A DNA stretch of 32,000 nucleotides from contig JAWOFX010000057.1 of assembly GCA_046497275.1 (NCBI GenBank), positions 1 to 32,000 of the forward strand. Reading direction: 5' to 3'. The notes below the pieces were generated by a model, which saw only the letters and a list, made by a program, of their open reading frames with translations, did not search any database and had not been told where the DNA came from. How positions within the stretch are numbered: position 1 is the stretch's first letter; every line of letters begins with the position of its first letter. This document shows positions 17,453 to 25,662 of the stretch, piece after piece. Position numbers and translations under genes: made by a program. The stretch comes from Promethearchaeia archaeon (lineage in GTDB: Archaea; Asgardarchaeota; Lokiarchaeia; Sigyniarchaeales; SOKP01).

Positions 17453-18304
17453 ATGAATAATGAATATACTACCATCAAATTTGAGTTAAGAGAAGACGGA
17501 ATAGGTATTTTAACTCTTAATAGACCCGAAAAATTAAACGCGATCTCTTTTCAGATGGAAGAAGAACTTCATGAAATATTCGATAATTTATCAACTAATT
17601 TAGATTGCAGAGTTTTAATTCTAAGAGCAGAGGGTAGAATATTTAGCGCTGGTACTGATCTACAAGAAGGCTTAATATTAAATTCCAAGAAAACACCTTC
17701 TGGATACGAAAATTTTTACTATTTAGATATGCCTGAACCATTAAAGCGAAAGATATACCACCAATGGAGGATAAGTGAATTAATAATGAAATTGAGAGAA
17801 ATCAATCAACCTATAATCGCATTAATTCATGGATCCGCTGCAGGTGGAGGATTAGGATTCATATTAGCTTCTGATATTAGAATTGCGACTCCTGAGGCAA
17901 AATTCATTAATGCCTCCATTAATATTGGACTAACTGGAGCAGATATGGGTTCTAGCTATTTTCTGCCACGTCTTATAGGAATGTCTAAAGCTGCAGAGAT
18001 ACTTTATACTGGGAAGGCTTTAAATGGACTAGAAGCGGAAAAACTTGGACTTGTTTCAAAAATAGTTAATAAAGAACATTTATTAGATTCTGGGTTAGAT
18101 TTAGCAAAAGAAATGCTAACCAAAAGCCCATTAGGTTTAAGATTAACAAAACGAGCAATCAATTTAACCCTTGATTCACCATCGCTCAATAATGTCATTC
18201 AATTCGAAAATAGCTCAATCATTTTGGCATTTTCATCTAAAGATATGATGGAGGCTTCTACAGCCTTTTTTAAAAAAAAGAAGCCTAGTTATCCATTAAA
18301 ATAA
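17453..18304 (+). CDS. Enoyl-CoA hydratase/isomerase (crotonase) family protein, paralogue of 11650
   Basis: LNRPEKLNAI, FSAGTDL, GGGLG, ASDIRIA, GADMGSSYFLPRLIG. Confidence 0.95.
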   Translation: MNNEYTTIKFELREDGIGILTLNRPEKLNAISFQMEEELHEIFDNLSTNLDCRVLILRAEGRIFSAGTDLQEGLILNSKKTPSGYENFYYLDMPEPLKRKIYHQWRISELIMKLREINQPIIALIHGSAAGGGLGFILASDIRIATPEAKFINASINIGLTGADMGSSYFLPRLIGMSKAAEILYTGKALNGLEAEKLGLVSKIVNKEHLLDSGLDLAKEMLTKSPLGLRLTKRAINLTLDSPSLNNVIQFENSSIILAFSSKDMMEASTAFFKKKKPSYPLK

Positions 18305-18436
18305 CATTAATGAAACCTATTCCTTTTTTTATTATTTTTTATTTAAGAAGAACATAATAGTTTTAGTTTTATTGACAATTAAACTAGATGATATTAATAA
18401 AGTGTAAATTTGGTTTATAATCGGGAGTGAATTAAT

Positions 18437-18685
18437 ATTACTGAAACTTGTGCTAAATGCGATAAACCTGCTATAGGCAAATGCGCTAATTGTAATATAC
18501 CACTTTGTAAAAATCACGCGGAATATGCTTTTTCTTTTAGACCAAATCCTACAAAAATAAAATGTCATAAGTGTAATAATGAGCACAAAAGAAAGATGAG
18601 AATAATAGGATTAACAATCAGTATTATTTTAGTATCTGGAATAATTTCATTATTTCTTTATTTAGCGTCGCTTTTACCTTTATAG
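18437..18685 (+). CDS. B-box-like zinc finger protein with C-terminal TM helix; probable ATT start; missed by ORF track
   Basis: ITETCAKCDKPAIGKCANCNIPLCKNHAEYAFSFRPNPTKIKCHKCNNEHKRKMRIIGLTISIILVSGIISLFLYLASLLPL*; SD-like GGGAGTGA at 18423-18430. Confidence 0.75.
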   Translation: MTETCAKCDKPAIGKCANCNIPLCKNHAEYAFSFRPNPTKIKCHKCNNEHKRKMRIIGLTISIILVSGIISLFLYLASLLPL

Positions 18686-18920
18686 TTATAGATTTTTAAG
18701 ACAATTATTATTTCTCCCATTTTAAAAAGAAAATTCCTTTCTATGTACATATATAATAAATTTCTTGATTGTTTTAAGATGTATTAGAATAAATATTAAT
18801 TTCCCAACCTTAATATTCATCAAGTTATTGATTTAGGTTTTTTTCATTAAAAAGTTTAAATTTTAATAGAGTAAAGACTATTTTTTAGATAAGAGCAATC
18901 ACATTAATTCTTATTGAAAA

Positions 18921-19205
18921 ATGGATATAAATTATCTTGTACTTATTTTCATAATTGCTATGATGATATTAGAAATTCCTGTAATAAACTTATTATTAGA
19001 CAACTTTCCCTTAAGTTCTAGAATCCTTATAACAATTACAATTGAAGCGTTATTTATAACTTTATTATCTTTTTTATTCTGGTTGTGGGAAATTTTCTCT
19101 AAAACATTGGGGTTAGGGATAGCAATTATTACTGGTGCAATAGCAATAATTACATTCTTAATTAGCTTATTAATCTTAAAAAAAAAGCACCAATTAAATA
19201 ATTAA
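18921..19205 (+). CDS. Small membrane protein (about 3 TM)
   Basis: 94 aa, highly hydrophobic, basic C-terminal tail. Confidence 0.65.
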   Translation: MDINYLVLIFIIAMMILEIPVINLLLDNFPLSSRILITITIEALFITLLSFLFWLWEIFSKTLGLGIAIITGAIAIITFLISLLILKKKHQLNN

Positions 19206-19245
19206 AGATATAATAAAAAAAGAGAATAGTTAAAAATTATTTTGT

Positions 19246-19740
19246 TTATTGAATTTGAACCTTAGGTTCGATTGGAGTTGCACCTTCGAAGTTTGTAATA
19301 ACTGGGCAGTGAGTAAGGACTTGGTCCATCATTTCTTGTACTTTTTCTTTAGGTGCATTTGCTTTGATTCTGATTACAGGCTCAAGGGATGTATATCCTG
19401 GTAATTCATCGTCATCAAGTCCAAAAATACCAGATAAATTGATTTTCCCTCTGGAAAATACAGTCATCTCTTCTATTTCGATATCCATTATTTTTGCCCA
19501 GAATCTAGTAACTGCTATCAAACAAGAGCCTATACAAGCTAAGATAGCCAGTAAAGGACTTGGGCCTTCATCAGTGCCGTCTAAACCTGCTGGAGCATCA
19601 ATTATAAACTCATGATTTGAAGCCCCCATTGTGGTTTTACATTGCATTCCTTTTGATAACATTTCACATTTTACGTTAAAATTCTTCTCTCCTGCTTTAG
19701 GATCATTCTTTATTGCTTCATATGTTTCTCTAAAACTCAT
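19246..19740 (-). CDS. OsmC/Ohr family protein
   Basis: IDAPAGLDGTDEGPSP, ACIGSC, HCPV. Confidence 0.9.
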   Translation of the reverse strand: MSFRETYEAIKNDPKAGEKNFNVKCEMLSKGMQCKTTMGASNHEFIIDAPAGLDGTDEGPSPLLAILACIGSCLIAVTRFWAKIMDIEIEEMTVFSRGKINLSGIFGLDDDELPGYTSLEPVIRIKANAPKEKVQEMMDQVLTHCPVITNFEGATPIEPKVQIQ

Positions 19741-19912
19741 AATTTTTCAACCTTTATTGTTTGTTTTATAACTAATTTTAATTATGAATAGAAATTCATT
19801 ATTGATTAAGGAAATTATCATTCTAATAAAAATTTTATTTAATAATATGAAAATCTTTATGATTGTATTGGTTTAATTTTTTATAGATTATCCTAAAACA
19901 AAGTGATTTAAA

Positions 19913-20419
19913 ATGGAACCTAAACCAGTTTCAGATTCTCAAGTTGAGATCTCTCAAATTATGATGCCTCCAGATGCGAATCCCGCTGGAAATGTATTTG
20001 GAGGAGTAATTATGAACATAATTGACAGTTGCGCCCTCATTGTAGCATCGCGCCACACACATCTTAATTGTGTCACTGCTTCAGTCGACAGATTAGATTT
20101 TCTCTCGCCAGTATTTATTGGAAATGTAGTAATTGCAAAAGGTTCTCTCAATTATGTTTCCCGAACCTCCATGGAGGTAGGAGTAAGTGTTGATGCCGAA
20201 TGTTTAGTGACTGGCAGAAAAGCTCACGTAGCATCAGCATATCTCACATATGTTGCTTTAGATGAGAATGATAAGCCAACTAATGTTCCGGGATTAGTTC
20301 TTGAAAATGATGAACAGAAGAAACGATTTAAAGAAGCGGAAGAGAGAAGAAAAAATAGAATAAAGAAAGTAAATAAAAAAGAACCTCAAGGCCCTTGTCT
20401 TATGAGAGTTGAGAGATAA
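19913..20419 (+). CDS. Acyl-CoA thioesterase, hotdog fold (YciA-like), paralogue 1
   Basis: PPDANPAGNVFGG, VTASVDRLDFLSPV, SRTSMEVGV, YLTYVALD. Confidence 0.92.
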   Translation: MEPKPVSDSQVEISQIMMPPDANPAGNVFGGVIMNIIDSCALIVASRHTHLNCVTASVDRLDFLSPVFIGNVVIAKGSLNYVSRTSMEVGVSVDAECLVTGRKAHVASAYLTYVALDENDKPTNVPGLVLENDEQKKRFKEAEERRKNRIKKVNKKEPQGPCLMRVER

Positions 20420-20491
20420 ATTATTATTAATATTATTTCTATATTTTTTTACAATCTTTATAGAAAAGAAATAAATTAAATGGATTTATGC

Positions 20492-21760
20492 TTAGTTTTG
20501 ATTATTTGGATTTGAAGCTAATTGCTTTTTTTCAAAGTTATCAATTTTTCTTAAATCTGTGGACACCCAGATAATAATAGTGAAGAGTATTCCTAGTATT
20601 CCATATAATAACCATAGAGTAGCTATTCCGATTATTTTAGACAGAGGTCCTGCGAGGAGTATTGAAATAGGAGTTATTGCTGAAGATATCAAAAATACTA
20701 TTGAAATCACTCTTCCTTGTTTATCGGTTGGAACTTTTGTTTGTATTAAAGTAAGGAACATAGTGTTTACAATAGGTAAGAAAATGCCATGTATAAACGC
20801 ACCAACCATCATCATAGAAAATAATTGATAAGGTGATAAAGCTATTATCAAACAACCAAAATTTTGAACAAGAATTCCAAGAAAAATTATCAAAATTTTT
20901 CGATCCCACTCCTTCTTAATAGTTACTACAATGGCACCGATTAAAATCCCAAAACTCATCGATCCGGATACAAATGCATATATTAATCCCGTACCTGAAT
21001 TATCTACGAGAATATAATTTGATAAAAGCGTTTGCAATGGCATTATGAAGAAATTTGCGAATGTTGCTAAAAGAAGTAATATTAATAGTCCAGGCATTAC
21101 CCTTATAATTTTTATTCCTTCTTTAATATCGCTTCTAAAATTAGAAGCATTAACTTTTTTCTCTTCTTCTTTCCGAATATCTGGGATTTTAATAAGGATA
21201 AGAGGGATTATGGCAATTACAAAAGTTATTACATCTATCGATAAAGCAATTTCAATCGGAAAAATAGAAACAAACACACCCCCAACTATTGGGCCAATAA
21301 TATGTATGAAGCTAGTAAATAAATAATTAATTCCATTAACTCTACTTAGATGTTCTTTTGGGACCATTGTAGGGATAATAGCATTTGAGGGAGGTAAATG
21401 AATAAATTGAAATATGGATCTTAATAAGCTAATTATCAAAATTAAGTAAAAATTTTCCAAGTTTGTCAAGAAAAATACGATTAAAATTAAAGTTGTAATT
21501 GCTTGAGATGTATCCGCAAAAGCAATCATCTTTTTTCTGTTCAATTTATCTGCGTATACTCCAGCAATTGGGCTAATGATTATAGGAGGAAGGAAAGAAA
21601 CGAAATAGATCAAAGATGTCAATATTTCATCTTGATAAATATCAGTAATCCACAAAGGTATAACGAATTGAACAATAGATGATCCTAATAATGAAAATAT
21701 TTGTCCTATCCAAAAATAGATGTAACTATTAAAGGTCTTTCTTGTAGGATGATTTTCCAT
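20492..21760 (-). CDS. MFS transporter, DHA3/MefA-like
   Basis: WIGQIFSLLGS, AGVYADKLNRKK, VPKEHLSRVNG, QTKVPTDKQGRV. Confidence 0.9.
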   Translation of the reverse strand: MENHPTRKTFNSYIYFWIGQIFSLLGSSIVQFVIPLWITDIYQDEILTSLIYFVSFLPPIIISPIAGVYADKLNRKKMIAFADTSQAITTLILIVFFLTNLENFYLILIISLLRSIFQFIHLPPSNAIIPTMVPKEHLSRVNGINYLFTSFIHIIGPIVGGVFVSIFPIEIALSIDVITFVIAIIPLILIKIPDIRKEEEKKVNASNFRSDIKEGIKIIRVMPGLLILLLLATFANFFIMPLQTLLSNYILVDNSGTGLIYAFVSGSMSFGILIGAIVVTIKKEWDRKILIIFLGILVQNFGCLIIALSPYQLFSMMMVGAFIHGIFLPIVNTMFLTLIQTKVPTDKQGRVISIVFLISSAITPISILLAGPLSKIIGIATLWLLYGILGILFTIIIWVSTDLRKIDNFEKKQLASNPNNQN

Positions 21761-22001
21761 ATAAAGAAAAATAAATTTTAAGTGATAAATATTTTCATTC
21801 GAAGCAATTTTAATATTCTTAAGAAAAAAATCATTTGTTTTTGCATTAAAAACATAAATATCTCATCTCAAAATATCTTCTTAATTCAGATTTTCGAAAA
21901 GGAATTTTTAATTATAATATTTTTATAAAGGATAAACAGAGTTTATTTAAATTAGGTTTGAATAGTTTTAATAATAAAAATAAAAAAAGATGATATAAAA
22001 A

Positions 22002-22538
22002 GTGGAAAAAGAAGAGAAAACCGTATCAGAATCTAAGACTACCATTTCTCAGCTAATGATGCCGTCTGATGCTAATCCAGCTGGAAATGTGTTTGGAGGA
22101 GTTGTATTAAAGCTTATAGATCAAGCAGCGGGGATAGTGGCTTCTCGTCATACACATAGAAATTGTGTAACAGCATCTATGGATCAAGTAAGCTTTCTAA
22201 ATCCTGCCTATGTTGGTAATGTGGTATTTGTAAAAGCTTCTTTAAACTATGTTGGTAATACTTCTATGGAAATAGGAGTCCGTGCTGAGGATGAATGTTT
22301 ACTTACTGGTAATACGGGTCATATCGCCTCAGCATACTTAACTTATGTCGCTTTAGATGAAAATGATAATCCCGTTAATGTTCCAGGATTGATACTAGAG
22401 AATGAGGAGCAAAATCGTCGTTGGAAGGAAGCAAAACAGAGAAGAGAAGAACGTTTAAAGAGGATGCCTAAAAATGTAGAAAAAAAACAAGGCTCTTGTA
22501 TTCAAAGACCTGAAAAAATTAAAAAATGTACTAAATAA
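22002..22538 (+). CDS. Acyl-CoA thioesterase, hotdog fold (YciA-like), paralogue 2, GTG start
   Basis: PSDANPAGNVFGG, VTASMDQVSFLNP, GNTSMEIGV, YLTYVALD. Confidence 0.92.
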   Translation: MEKEEKTVSESKTTISQLMMPSDANPAGNVFGGVVLKLIDQAAGIVASRHTHRNCVTASMDQVSFLNPAYVGNVVFVKASLNYVGNTSMEIGVRAEDECLLTGNTGHIASAYLTYVALDENDNPVNVPGLILENEEQNRRWKEAKQRREERLKRMPKNVEKKQGSCIQRPEKIKKCTK

Positions 22539-22622
22539 ACCAAATTATCTATCATAGCTAAATTTAATAATTACATTTTTGAACTTTTATGATTATTTAG
22601 ATAATAAATCAAATGATAAATT

Positions 22623-22644
22623 ATTAAACCTAAAATGGTTTAAT
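22623..22644. promoter_or_regulatory. Perfect inverted repeat ATTAAACC-TAAAAT-GGTTTAAT, candidate operator
   Basis: 8-bp arms with 6-bp spacer, about 57 bp upstream of ATG 22701. Confidence 0.4.
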
Positions 22645-22700
22645 TTTCAATATATAATAAGACTTCAAGTAAAACACATTCCTTATTAATAGGATTACAA

Positions 22701-24176
22701 ATGACATTTCAAGGATTATTTAATATATTAGATTTGTATTTCACTGAAAGTGGATTATTATACGATTATATTGATTCATTTTTTCAAAAACAAATTACTG
22801 TGTTATTCAAAAATAATGAACAACCTCTTGAAGAAAGATTTCATGTGATACTTGATTTTGTTATTAAAGAATTAGTTGGTTTGGGATTTGATAAAAAATA
22901 TTTAGAATTGAAATTGGCTGATCCTTTTTTAAATTTTAGAAAAGGGGAAAGAGATAGGATTAAGAATTTGATAGATTTATATGAGATAAAAATCGCCCCA
23001 ATTATATATGAAGTTTTCTTGGAAAAAATCGTAGATTATTTTGTGAGTGATAATGTTAGCCGACTAATTCTTAGTTTAAAATCTAATGGATTAATTCCCC
23101 TTGAATATATTATAGAAATGAGAGAATTAAAAAATCTGTTAGAAGAAAATCCAAATAAACAGGAGAATCTAAGAAGATATGTTCATATTCGAGATAATAT
23201 TTTTTTTAAATTTAGTGAAAGTAAGTGTGATATTGAGGATCTCGAAGTACTTAGAGACCCAAAAGATAGACTTCAATTGACATATCTGGTTTTCCGGATT
23301 ATTGATTTCTTTCATATGGAAAGTTTTTTTAACTTTTCTCATATTAAACAATATTTAAAAGAAAATGTTGATGAATGGCTAGTCGATGTACCATTAATTT
23401 CCTTAAAAAATCCAGACATTTATTTTTGTGGAATATATTTAGCTAAGCATTTTAATTTATCAGTGGATGACCAAAAAATAAAAGATTTTCTTTCAAATTT
23501 GATTGAAGAGGCAATTGATGAATTTGATAGCCCATTAATAGAGGCTACTGATGGAACTTATTATTTTTTAAAAGCAAAAGAACTTATGGATTATAAACTA
23601 ACCTCTGATCAATTAAATAAATTATTTTTAGCAGAATCAAAATATTTTGAACCTAATTATTTAAAAAATTTAGAAACATCTCAATTGGTAGTTATTCTAA
23701 AAATTCTCAATCTGTATAATTATTTAAATAAATATGAACCCGAGAAGATAAATGCAATTCTAAGCGAGATAGAGCTCAGAATGACCGATGAAGGTATTAC
23801 TCAATATCGGGATGGATTCATTTCCTCCGAAGCAACTTATTATGTTCTTTTTCTAAATTATTTTCGAGACACATTAGAAAAATTAGAGAAATATCCATTA
23901 CTAGATAATATTATATCAAGAATATTCAGAAATTTAGAAATCTTAGATTTCTGCAGTGAAACAAATAATGATCTTATATCAGAACTATTTTATTCATGTG
24001 AAAGTCTTAAATTACTGAATTGTATAGAGAATAAAGAGATGATTATTCATTTAACAAAATATCTCTTTCCTAATCAAGTTAAAGAAAATATCACAAAATC
24101 AGAGAAATTCCCTCAATCTGATGCAAAATTCAGACATCTCAAAGTTAATAAAATGACAGGAGAGACAATTTATTAA
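22701..24176 (+). CDS. Hypothetical all-helical protein; C-terminal half has repeats reminiscent of prenyltransferase/terpene-cyclase alpha-alpha barrels
   Basis: 491-aa ORF with recurring helix motifs (DGTYYFLKAKEL, SEATYYVLFL, SELFYSCESLKLL); fold assignment is tentative. Confidence 0.6.
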   Translation: MTFQGLFNILDLYFTESGLLYDYIDSFFQKQITVLFKNNEQPLEERFHVILDFVIKELVGLGFDKKYLELKLADPFLNFRKGERDRIKNLIDLYEIKIAPIIYEVFLEKIVDYFVSDNVSRLILSLKSNGLIPLEYIIEMRELKNLLEENPNKQENLRRYVHIRDNIFFKFSESKCDIEDLEVLRDPKDRLQLTYLVFRIIDFFHMESFFNFSHIKQYLKENVDEWLVDVPLISLKNPDIYFCGIYLAKHFNLSVDDQKIKDFLSNLIEEAIDEFDSPLIEATDGTYYFLKAKELMDYKLTSDQLNKLFLAESKYFEPNYLKNLETSQLVVILKILNLYNYLNKYEPEKINAILSEIELRMTDEGITQYRDGFISSEATYYVLFLNYFRDTLEKLEKYPLLDNIISRIFRNLEILDFCSETNNDLISELFYSCESLKLLNCIENKEMIIHLTKYLFPNQVKENITKSEKFPQSDAKFRHLKVNKMTGETIY

Positions 24177-24203
24177 TAATTTAGTAGAATAGAGCCCTTT
24201 TTT

Positions 24204-25427
24204 ATGAAAGAAGCATACATAATTGACGGTGCAAGAACCCCCATCGGTCACTTTGGAAAATCATTAAAAGATATTCCTGCTGTTGAGTTAGGGGCAATCG
24301 CTATAAAAGAAGCTATTAAAAGATCTCATATTCCTGAAAATCTTGTTGAAGATGTTATAATGGGTTCGATTCATCAAGAAGGGATGGGAAATAATCCTGC
24401 ACGAATTGCTTCTCTAAAATCTGGAATTCCACATACATCAGGGGCATTAACTGTTAATAATGTTTGCTCATCTGGCATGAAATCTATTGAGATTGCTTAT
24501 AGGCAAATTGCAATGGGCGAAAATAATCTTGTTGTCGCAGGAGGAATGGAAAGTAATAGCCAATGCCCTTATATGTTGATGAATGCCAGATGGGGGAGTA
24601 GATTACGAAATCAAAAATTAGTGGATGCCCTTTTTTACGATGGCTTCGAAGATACTTATGGGGTTTATGGAAATTATAGTCATGTCGGTGAAACTGCTGA
24701 AAATATTATTGAAAATGCTGAGGTTATATGTAATTATTATAATTTAGACAACGTATCTTTGAGTTTTGAAGATATCAATAAATTTGCTCTCAGTAGTCAT
24801 AGGAAGTATTTTCAAGCCAAAAATAATGATTTTTTTGAGGAAATCATTCCCATCGAATTTAGCTTTAAAAATGGGGAGATAAAACTTTATCATGATGAGA
24901 GCCCCAGAGAAGATATAACCTTAGAAAAATTGAATAAATTGAAACCCATATTTAGAAAGAATGGTTTTGTAACTGCTGGAAATACTTGCCCTTTAAATGA
25001 TGGAGCTGCGGCAATAGTGATTGCTTCACGAGAAAAGGTAAAAGAGCTAGGGTTAACTCCAAAAGCGAAAATAGAAGCATTTTCACAAGGGAATGTTCAA
25101 CCAGAATATATGGGCTTAGGACCAATTCCCGCAATTCGAAATTTATTAAAAAAGACGAATAAAAAATTATCTGAAATAGATATATTTGAAATAAACGAAG
25201 CACAAGCACAGCAAGCATTATTTTGCATTAAAGCATTAAATATCAAAGAAGAGAGAGTTAATATTAATGGTGGAGCTATAGCAATTGGTCATCCTCCTGG
25301 AATGACTGGTACAAGATTGATCCTTACAACATTATATTCGCTCAAAGCTAATAATTATAAATATGGTATATGTTCTCAATGTGCTGGGGGCGGAACAGGT
25401 ATGGCAAGCCTATTAAAACGTTATTAA
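24204..25427 (+). CDS. Thiolase (acetyl-CoA C-acyltransferase)
   Basis: RTPIG, NNVCSSG (catalytic Cys), NDGAAA, EINEA, GHPPG (His), CAGGG (second Cys). Confidence 0.95.
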   Translation: MKEAYIIDGARTPIGHFGKSLKDIPAVELGAIAIKEAIKRSHIPENLVEDVIMGSIHQEGMGNNPARIASLKSGIPHTSGALTVNNVCSSGMKSIEIAYRQIAMGENNLVVAGGMESNSQCPYMLMNARWGSRLRNQKLVDALFYDGFEDTYGVYGNYSHVGETAENIIENAEVICNYYNLDNVSLSFEDINKFALSSHRKYFQAKNNDFFEEIIPIEFSFKNGEIKLYHDESPREDITLEKLNKLKPIFRKNGFVTAGNTCPLNDGAAAIVIASREKVKELGLTPKAKIEAFSQGNVQPEYMGLGPIPAIRNLLKKTNKKLSEIDIFEINEAQAQQALFCIKALNIKEERVNINGGAIAIGHPPGMTGTRLILTTLYSLKANNYKYGICSQCAGGGTGMASLLKRY

Positions 25428-25662
25428 AAGGTACATTTAAATTATCATTACAGAATAATCTTTACAAAATTATTGATTTTTCTCACAATTTAAAAAAAGA
25501 TCGTGAAAGGCTGATTTCAAGTTCTTAGTTAAATATAGAGATATTATATCATTTTAAAAAGAGATTTTTATTTTCAGTTTATTTTTGGACTTTAGAACTT
25601 TAAAACTTTAAATTTTAAAAATAATGAATAAAATTATAAAATAATCTAATTTTGATAATACA

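Noticed and set aside
18332-18586. 84-aa minus-strand ORF in the track
   Set aside because: It is antisense to the Cys/His-patterned + strand zinc-finger frame, which is far better supported
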